Below are positions 39,308 through 48,753 of a stretch of 64,000 nucleotides of DNA, piece after piece (positions within the stretch are counted from its first letter, which is position 1; every line of letters begins with the position of its first letter). The notes under the pieces were generated by a model. The model saw only the letters and a program-made list of their open reading frames with translations, did no database searches and was not told the DNA's origin. The translations under genes and the position numbers were made by a program. The DNA is from Flavobacteriales bacterium (GTDB lineage Bacteria; Bacteroidota; Bacteroidia; Flavobacteriales_D; CAJJDF01): positions 20,680 through 84,679 of the forward strand of contig CBFHZD010000004.1 of the NCBI GenBank assembly GCA_965660305.1, in the 5' to 3' direction.

Positions 39308-40993
39308 TTAGTTGATTGTTCCCAGCTGGGGTTTTTGTTTTATAAATAATTGTATAATGATTCCTGCAATAATTACAGTTCCGCTTCCTATAACGTTGTA
39401 AAGTAAGTAACCTAGTTCAATTACTTCATACACAGTTAAGAAGTGAAACGAAAGTACAACTATTTGTCCAAAGATTCCAGCGGCAAAAGCGGCAGTTCCG
39501 CCAATGCGTTTAAAAAAGAAAGCCAAGAGAAAAACTCCCAAGATAGTTCCGTAAAATAAAGAGCCTAAAATATTGACCAATTGAATCAGATTTTCAAACA
39601 AGCCAGCCGTTAAAGCAATGATAATGGCGAGGATTCCCCAGGCTACCGTCAAGAGTTTACTCACTCTCAAGTCCTTCTTTTCGTCTCCCGAATTTTTAAA
39701 GAATTTCTTGTAAAAATCAATTGTGGTGGTGGAGGCTAATGCATTTAATTCGCCTGCTGTAGAACTCATGGCCGCAGAAAATATTACTGCAAGTAACAAC
39801 CCAATAAGTCCGTGGGGTAAGAAGTTGAGCACAAAAGTCAAAAAGATGTAATCGCTGTCTTTTGGCTCGTAAAGTGGATCAATTTTACTCATTTCGCCTT
39901 TGTAGCTATTTCTTAATGAGTCTTGCTGTGCTTGTAAAAATTGCACAGTTTTTGTATCTGAATTTTCAGATAATAATTCACTTTTTTTCTGTTCAAAAAC
40001 GGTGTTGTAGGTTGCCTCTAATTCAACGAGTTTTTCCTGTTTTTGCGTTTCAATATTCGTAGCGGAAGTATTAAAAATTATAGGCGGTTTATTAAATTGA
40101 AACGAAACAAAAACCATCGCACCAATAAACAGAATGAAGAATTGCATCGGTATTTTGAGCAATCCATTAAACATTAATCCCATTCTGGAAGCTTTCAATG
40201 TTTTTCCTCCCAAGTAGCGTTGCACTTGAGATTGATCGGTTCCAAAATAGGAGAGGAACAAAAACAACCCGGCAATCAATCCCGACCAAAGGGTGTATTT
40301 TTCTTTCAGGTTAAAAGTGGTGTCAATGATTTCCATTTTGCCCAATCTTCCTGCAATATCAATTCCTTCGGACAATCCCACAGTTTCGGGAAAACTATCC
40401 AGCACATAAAAGAAAGTGGCAAACATTCCTCCCATAATGATGGTCATTTGCCATTTTTGAGTAAGCGAAACAGCTCGGCTTCCTCCCGATACAGTGTAAA
40501 TAATAACCAATACTCCAATTAGTAAACAAGTGAGTTGTAGGTTCCAATTAAGTAAGGTAGAAAGAATTATGGCTGGGGCGTAAATAGTAATTCCCGCAGC
40601 TAATCCTCTAGAAACTAAAAATAAAAACGCGGTGAAAGCTCTCACTCGCACATCAAATCGTTGTTCTAAGTATTGGTAGGCGGTATAAACTTTAAGTCGG
40701 TAATAAATCGGTAAGAAAAACACCGAAATCAAAATCATGGCAAGGGGCAACCCAAAATAAAACTGAACGAATCCCATTCCGCTCTCGTAAGCCTGACCTG
40801 GAGTAGATAAAAACGTAATGGCTGAAGCCTGAGTAGCCATTATTGACAAGCCAATTGTAGCCCAATTTTCGGAATTATTTCCCTTGAGGTAACTCTCTAG
40901 ATTCTTGTTTTTACGAGTTTTCCAAGAACCATAAGCTACAATGACAATCAAGGTAAATAGCAATACAAACCAATCAAATAAACTTAAAATCAT
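39308..40993 (-). CDS. Sodium:solute symporter (SSF family)
   Basis: 561 aa with about 13-14 TM helices and SSF-like N-terminal segments (GLSIMATQASAITFLSTPGQAY). Confidence 0.85.
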   Translation of the reverse strand: MILSLFDWFVLLFTLIVIVAYGSWKTRKNKNLESYLKGNNSENWATIGLSIMATQASAITFLSTPGQAYESGMGFVQFYFGLPLAMILISVFFLPIYYRLKVYTAYQYLEQRFDVRVRAFTAFLFLVSRGLAAGITIYAPAIILSTLLNWNLQLTCLLIGVLVIIYTVSGGSRAVSLTQKWQMTIIMGGMFATFFYVLDSFPETVGLSEGIDIAGRLGKMEIIDTTFNLKEKYTLWSGLIAGLFLFLSYFGTDQSQVQRYLGGKTLKASRMGLMFNGLLKIPMQFFILFIGAMVFVSFQFNKPPIIFNTSATNIETQKQEKLVELEATYNTVFEQKKSELLSENSDTKTVQFLQAQQDSLRNSYKGEMSKIDPLYEPKDSDYIFLTFVLNFLPHGLIGLLLAVIFSAAMSSTAGELNALASTTTIDFYKKFFKNSGDEKKDLRVSKLLTVAWGILAIIIALTAGLFENLIQLVNILGSLFYGTILGVFLLAFFFKRIGGTAAFAAGIFGQIVVLSFHFLTVYEVIELGYLLYNVIGSGTVIIAGIIIQLFIKQKPQLGTIN

Positions 40994-41127
40994 GCTGTGT
41001 AATGGTTAGTGATGTATAAATAAAGGACAATTTGCACGGCAAGGAATATCATTAACCCCCAATACCAAGCACTCCAGTTTGTAGGATTTTTTTGTTCTAT
41101 TTCGTTTTCGCCTGTTGTTTCTTGCAT
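40990..41127 (-). CDS. 45-aa single-TM micro-protein overlapping the symporter start (ATGA)
   Basis: My own translation gives MQETTGENEIEQKNPTNWSAWYWGLMIFLAVQIVLYLYITNHYTA*. The stop TGA overlaps the symporter ATG. It falls below the ORF-track length cutoff. Confidence 0.4.
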   Translation of the reverse strand: MQETTGENEIEQKNPTNWSAWYWGLMIFLAVQIVLYLYITNHYTA

Positions 41128-41279
41128 TTGTTTTTTTAATTATTTGTTCATTTTTTTTCATTGATAAAAAAAACTTCAACTATCACTCACGATAAACCAA
41201 GCCTAAAATAAGGCCGAAACTTAATCGACATTATTGTTGTTTTTTCCTTCAAACTTATTTCAAATCACTAATGTTAAGC

Positions 41280-43697
41280 CTAATAACTCAACATATTAGC
41301 AAATAATTTATAGGCTCCTTCTACACCGTTTGGTAATTCACGGAAGAACGAAATTCCCGTGTAAATAAACTGTCCTTCTCCGTATTTGGTTACAATTAAA
41401 GCACCCGTTTGACCATCTTCTCCTTTATCTGCCCACGAAAATAAGGGGGTGTAGCTTTCATCCCAATCACCCGCAAAATACAATCCTCGTTCTTGTACCC
41501 AATTGTCAAAATCTGATTTTTCTAATTTATTCGGAGTAGTCATTATGGGATGACTTGGCTGTAAAAATTTCACATTCGCATCTTCTTCGGTTACTCTGTT
41601 TCGAGTCAGTTTAAAAGGAACCGGGCCATAGGTTGAACCTCTAGCTCTTCTCGAAGCTGTGTTGTATTGCATAATGACGTTTCCTCCATTTTTTACGTAG
41701 TTATAAAGTTTATCCTCATAGTTTTTAAGTTCGGGATGTACATTGTAAATTCTTATTCCCAACACCACAGACTGAAATTGAGATAGATTTAAGTTCGCTA
41801 AATCGCTCACTTCATATTGTTTTATTTCAAATCCTAATTGGGCAATCGCAGCAGGCACGGCATCTTTCACTCCGGCAATATAGGCTACTTTTCCTGGTTT
41901 TATTTTGGCGTCAAGTTTCACGCACTTAATTTTCGAAGGATTAAAAATAACCTGAGTAGGAATGTGGTCGTATGCAATTTCGGTATAAGAAAGCAAAGCT
42001 TTTCCTTGGCTATTTGTTAAAGTCAGTTGACCCGATTCAGCTTCTGCTGTGGGTTTTACCGTCAGCTCAATCCATTCTTCTTGGTGTTTATTTTCAATGG
42101 AAACATCAATGCTGGCTGGAGAAACTTCCCAACCTTTTGGCGCTTTTACGATTACTTTGTCTCTGAGATTTTTTTCAAAAGAATGAATATTCAGTTTTAA
42201 TTTTTTCTCAATTCCCGGTTTTACCACAATGAGTTTTTCTTCAAAATTTGCTGAGAATGAAGGAGTGTTAATCACTTCTCTTCGTTTTTCTCCGTAAGAA
42301 GGTATCCTCCATTTATAGGTTCCTGCTACAGGAATAGTAACCGTGTCATTCACTACCAAAAAAGAAACTTTTTGAACAAAAGTAGGTTGTGATTCGGGTT
42401 GTAATAAGTCCGAAGAGTTTTTTACTTCAAACAAAGTAGTAAAAGGTGTGTTTAGCCAATAGGGATTGGAAACAGCTTTGGGTTTTTCCACGGAAATCAA
42501 CTTAGAAAACGGTTGATTGGTGGCTAATTCCGCATTTTCTTCGTCCAGTATTAGGGAAACAGGAACAGAACCTCTATTTAGGATTTCTAGGCTAAAAAAG
42601 CTCGAATCGTTTGATTGAAAAACATAATCTTTGCCCAACAATTCGGTGTAAACACCCAAGCAATCTAAAATAAGTTGGTTGCAAAGTGCTATTTTTTCTT
42701 TTTTGAATTCGGAGTTAGGAATTTTTTTCAATTCATTACGAACCTCTATTAATCCTGATACATTGTTCTCCGGTTGATTAAAATCAAAACTAGCAACCAA
42801 TGCATTGATTTTAGTTTCAAATTCTTTATTTATTATTTTTTTCCAAGTCTGTGTGTTTTGTTCGAAGAAAGAATTTTTTAACTTTTTCCCTTTCAAATGC
42901 TCAAAATACTCAAGTCTGGAACCTCGTTCGGTTATGGCTCCAAAACCTTGACATTTGTGTTGCGAGCGTGCGACAGTCCCTATTTCGTTATAGGATTTAC
43001 CTAAATGAGAATTGTACCCGCCAATTTCTGCAACCAGGTAATTGGGATTGTTTTTTGCTTTTTTTCCTAAATCTTTATCCCACCAAGTGGATGAATTCCA
43101 ATAGACAGAAGTAGTTTGCCAGGTGCCAAATTCTTTCACTTGCTCAGGTAGAAAATTATTGTCTGCTGCTTTTTCAAAAGCTTGAATGGCGAGTATGGCA
43201 GAGGCTGTATGATGTCCGTGGCCTGCTCTTTTATCCGGTGGGAAACGGGTAATAATAACGTCAGGTTTGAATTTTCTTATCATCAACACCACATCTGAGA
43301 GTATTTGGTCTTTCCCCCATTTTGCGAATGACTCTTCAGCAGATTTAGAATAGCCAAAATCAACAGCGCGCGTGAAATATTGATTAGCCCCATCGTGAGA
43401 TCGAGCTGCCAATAACTCTTGTGTTCTAAGAACTCCCAGCTGCTCGCTCAATTCGTTCCCAATTAAGTTTTGACCACCATCTCCACGAGTTAAAGAAAGA
43501 TAAGCCGTTTGCGCTTTTTCACCAAGAGAAAACCAAGCTAGTGCTCTTGTGTTTTCATCATCCGGATGAGCGGCAATATAGAGTACTCTCTTTAAAGAAT
43601 GAAGTTTTTGAAGATCTACGAATAGTTCTGAAGCTGGTTTGTTGGCGCTTGCTGATAGCACGGAAAGTGCCAACATTAAAACAAATATTTTTTTCAT
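41280..43697 (-). CDS. Large secreted PIG-L/LmbE-family deacetylase with a long C-terminal extension
   Basis: 805 aa with a signal peptide and the LmbE motifs AAHPDDEN and GHGHH in the N-terminal ~250 aa. The remaining ~550 aa are uncharacterised. The last ~200 aa look GATase1/ThuA-like by eye. Confidence 0.7.
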   Translation of the reverse strand: MKKIFVLMLALSVLSASANKPASELFVDLQKLHSLKRVLYIAAHPDDENTRALAWFSLGEKAQTAYLSLTRGDGGQNLIGNELSEQLGVLRTQELLAARSHDGANQYFTRAVDFGYSKSAEESFAKWGKDQILSDVVLMIRKFKPDVIITRFPPDKRAGHGHHTASAILAIQAFEKAADNNFLPEQVKEFGTWQTTSVYWNSSTWWDKDLGKKAKNNPNYLVAEIGGYNSHLGKSYNEIGTVARSQHKCQGFGAITERGSRLEYFEHLKGKKLKNSFFEQNTQTWKKIINKEFETKINALVASFDFNQPENNVSGLIEVRNELKKIPNSEFKKEKIALCNQLILDCLGVYTELLGKDYVFQSNDSSFFSLEILNRGSVPVSLILDEENAELATNQPFSKLISVEKPKAVSNPYWLNTPFTTLFEVKNSSDLLQPESQPTFVQKVSFLVVNDTVTIPVAGTYKWRIPSYGEKRREVINTPSFSANFEEKLIVVKPGIEKKLKLNIHSFEKNLRDKVIVKAPKGWEVSPASIDVSIENKHQEEWIELTVKPTAEAESGQLTLTNSQGKALLSYTEIAYDHIPTQVIFNPSKIKCVKLDAKIKPGKVAYIAGVKDAVPAAIAQLGFEIKQYEVSDLANLNLSQFQSVVLGIRIYNVHPELKNYEDKLYNYVKNGGNVIMQYNTASRRARGSTYGPVPFKLTRNRVTEEDANVKFLQPSHPIMTTPNKLEKSDFDNWVQERGLYFAGDWDESYTPLFSWADKGEDGQTGALIVTKYGEGQFIYTGISFFRELPNGVEGAYKLFANMLSY

Positions 43698-44042
43698 TAG
43701 TTAGTTCTGATTTTTTAATCGGAAATAAAGATAAGGAAATTGACAGTTAAAATTTCACTCAGGTGATTTTCGTAAGTCCCATTTATTTATCCAATTTCAC
43801 TGTAAATTTACGGTGTATTCTTGCACAGGTGGTAAGTTGATTTGCCTGTTAAGTGAGCCTGATGCATCAATAGGATTCAAAATGTTTTTAGGATCCTATC
43901 ATTTTTGACACGTCAAATTCTTTTTCACAGATTCAACAAAGCAAATAAAATAAATACTATTTATTGAGGTGAAAATTGAGGCTAAAATCGATAAAATTAG
44001 AACTCAAGAAATTAGAGTAGAGAGCTTTTCATCTCCTGAAAA

Positions 44043-46250
44043 TTATTCTTTTTTTAGCCAGTGGAGCAGAACTGGGAGTAAGTATAAATCACAAAGTAGC
44101 GCTATGATTAAACTGATGGTTACTAATAATCCGGTAAGGAAATTGGCATAAAAACTGGATAGTATAAGTACTCCAAAGCCAGCCACTAGGACTAATGTAG
44201 TGAGGAAAATAGCTCCTCCACTAGTGGTGATTGTTGTAATCAGTGCATCGTAATTCGATTTACCTTTGTTAAGTTCTATTTTGTATCTACCCAAGAAGTG
44301 GATAGTATCATCAACCGCAATTCCAAAAGCAATGGTGTAAACAATGGTAGTTCCAATATTCATTCCGAGATCAAACCAACCTACAATTGCCGAGATTGCA
44401 ATGAGAGGCAAAACATTAGGAAAAAGGGAGAAAAAACCAATTGATAATGATCGGAACATGTAAGAAACAATAAAGAAGATGAAAATCACAATCACAACTA
44501 AGTTCCAAATCATTCCATTTGATACATTCACATTAGTTTCATCCAGTATGAATGCGGTTCCTCCAAAGTTAATACTCAAGTCAGGAGTGTTAGCTTGTGC
44601 AAAGGAAAGTAATTTTTTGTTTGACTCTCTGGTCGAGAAACTTCCGAAATCCTTTGCTTTGGTTTGAATGAAAGTTGAATTGTTTTTTTCTGAAACGAAG
44701 CTTTTTAGTTTCAGCAATTCAGCATGTTTCAAAAGTTTCTTTTTGATTTGTTTGATACTTTTTTTGTCGGTAGGGATTTTGTATTCTGAGGCAAATCCAC
44801 CATTCAGAGCCCTATTGACTTGCTTGGCTGTAGTTGCTAATCCTAAGTTGATGGTGGCTTCATATTCCGACTCCACAAAAGATTCGATTTTATTCAGCTG
44901 GGTAAGAATTTTTTGATCAAATAGAGATTTATTTGTGTCACGCAAGGCAATAGTTATGGTTAAATCTCTGATTCCGTAAAGTTCTTTATCCATGAAATTC
45001 ATGACTTGGGTAATTTCATCTTGTTCTCCCATGTTTTCATATACATAGGTGTTGTGTTTTACTTTCATTATTCCAAGGACAGATAAAATAATAGCCACAA
45101 GAGTGACAAGGATGGTTGGTTTTATCCACAGCTTTTTGGGAGTAAGCTTTCCGAGGGAATTATGAAGGGTTATTCTTTTTGAATAAAATAAAAGAATGGG
45201 CAGAATAAAATAGGCCAGAAAAAAAGCGTAAAAAACGCCTACTGCTGTAAAGATTGAAAATTCATCAAAAACTTGAATGTTTGAATTCGATAACGACAAA
45301 AACCCCAATGATGTGGTGAGTGTGGTAAGAATGATTGATTTTAGAATGTCGTTTCGGGTGTTCTTGATGTTTTCAATTTTGTTGGAAGAGGTTTCTTCGC
45401 TATACCGCGAAATGATATGAATAACATCACTAAGCGAAATTACACCCACAATGACAGGGATAGCGAGTGTAAGAACATTAATTTTAAACCCAAATAGTGA
45501 GACGGAGCCCATGATCCAGATGACAGAACTGACCACAATTGCAAAGGGAATAACTATACCAATAAAGGACCTGAAAAAATAGAGTAGAATTAATATGATG
45601 AGGGTAAAGGCAATGAAAATAAGGTTGACAGAGTCTTCTTTTGTTTTTTTAGTGATGAGATAGTCGTTGTGTTTTGGATGTACAAAGAACACTTTTTGAA
45701 AACTAAAAGGTAGCGCCATACTATCTGTTTGCTTTTTGATTTCAATTAGTTCTGAGAGAGAGGCAGAATCGTTTATGGTAGCATACAGAAGAGTGGAGTG
45801 GCTATTTTTTCCAATGAATCTCTTTTTTACATCTGGAAGTGAATCTAATTCCTGCAAGGATTGGATGAATTCTTTTTCAGAGTCTATACTCAATACATTG
45901 TAGGGTATAGTTCCAAAACTAGAAAATACCGCCAGTTTTTGATTAGTAATAGAGAAAATTCGCTTTATCCCGGGAATGGACTCAATTGAATTGCTGAATG
46001 AATCAATTTCAAGAGCGACTTTGTAATCCAAAGGTTTGTTGTTTTGGATTCCGATAATTATTGAATTTGGAATGTTGTCTTCAAAATGACTAAAAAATTC
46101 TTGATCGAATACAAAGGCCTTCTCGTCTTTATCGAAAAAATCATCTAAGTCATGACCAAATTCCACTTTCGACAATTGGAAAGCAAAGAATATCGTGAAA
46201 ATCGAAAAAATCACGATGATTAATTTTCTATTTCTCGTTGCGAATACCAA
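44043..46250 (-). CDS. MMPL/RND-superfamily exporter (two 6-TM bundles), standalone
   Basis: 735 aa with TTG start. The topology is 1+5 TM, a periplasmic loop, then 1+5 TM, with SSD/MMPL-like segments (IAISAIVGWFDLGMNIGTTIVYTIAFGIAVDDTIHF). Confidence 0.7.
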   Translation of the reverse strand: MVFATRNRKLIIVIFSIFTIFFAFQLSKVEFGHDLDDFFDKDEKAFVFDQEFFSHFEDNIPNSIIIGIQNNKPLDYKVALEIDSFSNSIESIPGIKRIFSITNQKLAVFSSFGTIPYNVLSIDSEKEFIQSLQELDSLPDVKKRFIGKNSHSTLLYATINDSASLSELIEIKKQTDSMALPFSFQKVFFVHPKHNDYLITKKTKEDSVNLIFIAFTLIILILLYFFRSFIGIVIPFAIVVSSVIWIMGSVSLFGFKINVLTLAIPVIVGVISLSDVIHIISRYSEETSSNKIENIKNTRNDILKSIILTTLTTSLGFLSLSNSNIQVFDEFSIFTAVGVFYAFFLAYFILPILLFYSKRITLHNSLGKLTPKKLWIKPTILVTLVAIILSVLGIMKVKHNTYVYENMGEQDEITQVMNFMDKELYGIRDLTITIALRDTNKSLFDQKILTQLNKIESFVESEYEATINLGLATTAKQVNRALNGGFASEYKIPTDKKSIKQIKKKLLKHAELLKLKSFVSEKNNSTFIQTKAKDFGSFSTRESNKKLLSFAQANTPDLSINFGGTAFILDETNVNVSNGMIWNLVVIVIFIFFIVSYMFRSLSIGFFSLFPNVLPLIAISAIVGWFDLGMNIGTTIVYTIAFGIAVDDTIHFLGRYKIELNKGKSNYDALITTITTSGGAIFLTTLVLVAGFGVLILSSFYANFLTGLLVTISLIIALLCDLYLLPVLLHWLKKE

Positions 46251-46369
46251 ATTGAATCATTTACTGACCAAATTTAGAAAAATAGAAGGTGAGAAAGAGG
46301 GGAAATAGGATTTTTATTTTTCGGCAAACTATCTTAATTTTAGGGAATACATAAAAAGTATAAATAGCC

Positions 46370-46630
46370 ATGCCAATACTTCCTTTTCAAAACATAGAGC
46401 ACCTTATATATGAACACCAAAAAGCAGGAAGATTAGTTGCTGTTGAAAAAGAGGAGTCAAAAAAAATAAGTGCATTTTTGAAAAAATACAAAGGCAAAAA
46501 AACAAAACCTAATGAGAAAGTGACAGGATTTTGGTTTGTTTTGGACGATGAGTACAATTCATTAAAAATTGATTTTAAGGAAGAGGTGAAAGTTGAAATT
46601 AAGGAACTAGTGCTTTTTCCATTAAAATAA
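46370..46630 (+). CDS. Hypothetical small protein upstream of recQ
   Basis: 86 aa, Lys-rich, with no recognisable motif. It ends 8 nt before the recQ start. Confidence 0.3.
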   Translation: MPILPFQNIEHLIYEHQKAGRLVAVEKEESKKISAFLKKYKGKKTKPNEKVTGFWFVLDDEYNSLKIDFKEEVKVEIKELVLFPLK

Positions 46631-46638
46631 AGACAGAT

Positions 46639-48753
46639 TTGAATAATAATCCTAACAATATTTTAAAAAACACCTTTGGATACGATACTTTTCGTCCTTT
46701 GCAGGAAGAAATAATAAATCGAACTTTAGAAGGTAAAGACAGTTTTGTGTTAATGCCCACAGGAGGCGGTAAATCAATGTGTTTTCAGATTCCGGCTTTA
46801 TGCTTTGAGGGAATCACCATTGTTGTTTCACCACTTATTTCTTTAATGAAAGATCAGGTTCAAGCGCTCCAATCCAATGGGATAAAGGCTGATTTTTTTA
46901 ATAGTTCTATTTCTCAACAAGAAGAAAATGAAGTGATTGATAGAGCCATGAAAGGCGAAATTCAACTTTTGTACTTGTCGCCAGAAAAATTAATTTCGGT
47001 AAGTACCACCTGGCTAAAAGAGTTGAATATTAAACTCGTAGCAATTGACGAGGCACATTGTGTGAGTATGTGGGGACACGATTTTAGACCCGAATATACT
47101 CAGCTGAAAGTGTTTAGAAACTCACTGCCAACTGTTCCCTTTATGGCATTGACAGCCACTGCGGATAAATCGGCAAGGCAAGACATTGAAGAGCAGCTTG
47201 GATTGAAAGATTCCAAATTGTTTATTTCTTCTTTTGACAGAAAGAATTTGAGTATTGAGGTAAGAGGCCAAGTTCCCAAAAAAAAGAAGCTCCAAGAAAT
47301 ATCTGGGTTTTTGGAAGCGAAAAGAGATGAAAGTGGAATCGTTTATTGTTTGAGTAGAAAAAACACCGAGGAGGTTGCGAATTACCTGAGTGAAGAAGGA
47401 CATTCGGTTGATTACTACCATGCTGGGATGAGTCCCGATGACAGAGAAAGAGTTCAAACGGAATTTATCAATGATGATACCAAGATAATTGTGGCAACTA
47501 TCGCTTTTGGAATGGGAATCGATAAATCCAATGTACGTTGGGTAATTCACTATAATTTGCCTAAAAATCTGGAGGGATATTACCAAGAAATTGGTAGAGC
47601 CGGGCGAGATGGTTTGCCATCTGAAACGAGGTTGTATTACAACATGAGAGATTTTGTGTTGTACAGTCAATTTGCGGATGATGGAGCCAATTCATCCATG
47701 CAAAAAGAGAAACTGAATAGGATGCTACAGTTCGCTGAGGCAAAATCTTGTAGAAGAAAAATTTTGTTGTCTTATTTTGGTGAACACCTCACAGAGAATT
47801 GTGGAAATTGTGACGTGTGCGACAACCCACCCAAGGATTTTGATGGAACTATCTTGGCTCAAAAAGCTCTTTCGGGAATTGCGAGAATGGGCGAGAAAGA
47901 GGGTATAACAATGTTGATTAATGTATTGCGAGGGAGTAACAATGCGGAAGTTCATGCTGGAGGTTATTTTAATCTAAAAACATACGGAGTTGGAAAAGAC
48001 ATTAGTTTTTTTGATTGGAGAGATTACATCATTCAATTGGCAAATCAAGGATTGATTGAGATCATGTACAGTGAAAATTCTGCTTTAAAAATTTCATCGC
48101 TAGGAAAGAAAGTGCTTAAAGGAGAGAAGGATATAAAGCTCACCTATCCAGTTACAGCCGATGACAGAAAAGCCAAAAAAACAAAGCCAGCAAGAATGGT
48201 GGAGGAAGGTGAGGTGAATCAGGACTTGTTCAAGGAGTTGAAAAAATTAAGGTATTCCATTTCTAAAGAAGAAAATGTACCTGCGTACATCATTTTTAAT
48301 GATAAAAGTTTGAAATCAATGGCGATAGACTTGCCTGAAACAGAAAATCAATTTTTAGCAATTCCGGGAGTGGGAATGAATAAGATGCAGGAATATGGCG
48401 AAGATTTCATGGAGGTAATTCGTACATTTAAGAAGACAGCGAAACCTAAAAAAGTTCCTACAACTCTCGAGACCTACCAACTTTTTAAAGAAGGAAAAAC
48501 TCCGGAAGAAATTGCAGGAGATAGAAACTTGAGTATCACCACAATTTACTCCCATTTATCTCAATTATACTCAGAAGGAAAGGACATTGACTTAGCTCAA
48601 TTTGTTACTGATGAAACAAAGGAAAAGGTGAAAATCGCTTTTAATAAATTGGACAGGAAGATGGAATTGAAACCCATTTATGAACACTTACAAGAAGAGG
48701 TGCCCTATCACGAAATCAGACTCTCACTTACATTAATCCTGAGAGATGAATAA
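46639..48753 (+). CDS. recQ: ATP-dependent DNA helicase RecQ
   Basis: 704 aa with TTG start. It has PTGGGKS, VAIDEAHCVSMWGHDFRP, the RecQ zinc motif CRRKILLSYFGE...CGNCDVC, and HRDC-like and HTH-like C-terminal regions. Confidence 0.95.
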   Translation: MNNNPNNILKNTFGYDTFRPLQEEIINRTLEGKDSFVLMPTGGGKSMCFQIPALCFEGITIVVSPLISLMKDQVQALQSNGIKADFFNSSISQQEENEVIDRAMKGEIQLLYLSPEKLISVSTTWLKELNIKLVAIDEAHCVSMWGHDFRPEYTQLKVFRNSLPTVPFMALTATADKSARQDIEEQLGLKDSKLFISSFDRKNLSIEVRGQVPKKKKLQEISGFLEAKRDESGIVYCLSRKNTEEVANYLSEEGHSVDYYHAGMSPDDRERVQTEFINDDTKIIVATIAFGMGIDKSNVRWVIHYNLPKNLEGYYQEIGRAGRDGLPSETRLYYNMRDFVLYSQFADDGANSSMQKEKLNRMLQFAEAKSCRRKILLSYFGEHLTENCGNCDVCDNPPKDFDGTILAQKALSGIARMGEKEGITMLINVLRGSNNAEVHAGGYFNLKTYGVGKDISFFDWRDYIIQLANQGLIEIMYSENSALKISSLGKKVLKGEKDIKLTYPVTADDRKAKKTKPARMVEEGEVNQDLFKELKKLRYSISKEENVPAYIIFNDKSLKSMAIDLPETENQFLAIPGVGMNKMQEYGEDFMEVIRTFKKTAKPKKVPTTLETYQLFKEGKTPEEIAGDRNLSITTIYSHLSQLYSEGKDIDLAQFVTDETKEKVKIAFNKLDRKMELKPIYEHLQEEVPYHEIRLSLTLILRDE

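Noticed and set aside
43969-44151. 60-aa GTG-initiated plus-strand ORF
   Set aside because: It overlaps the 3' end of the MMPL gene in antisense and is of minimal length with no motif.
47122-47670. 182-aa ORF antisense to recQ
   Set aside because: It is embedded in the conserved helicase core of recQ, and the translation has no recognisable motif. Long for an AT-rich genome, but best explained by codon-bias suppression of stops in the complementary frame.
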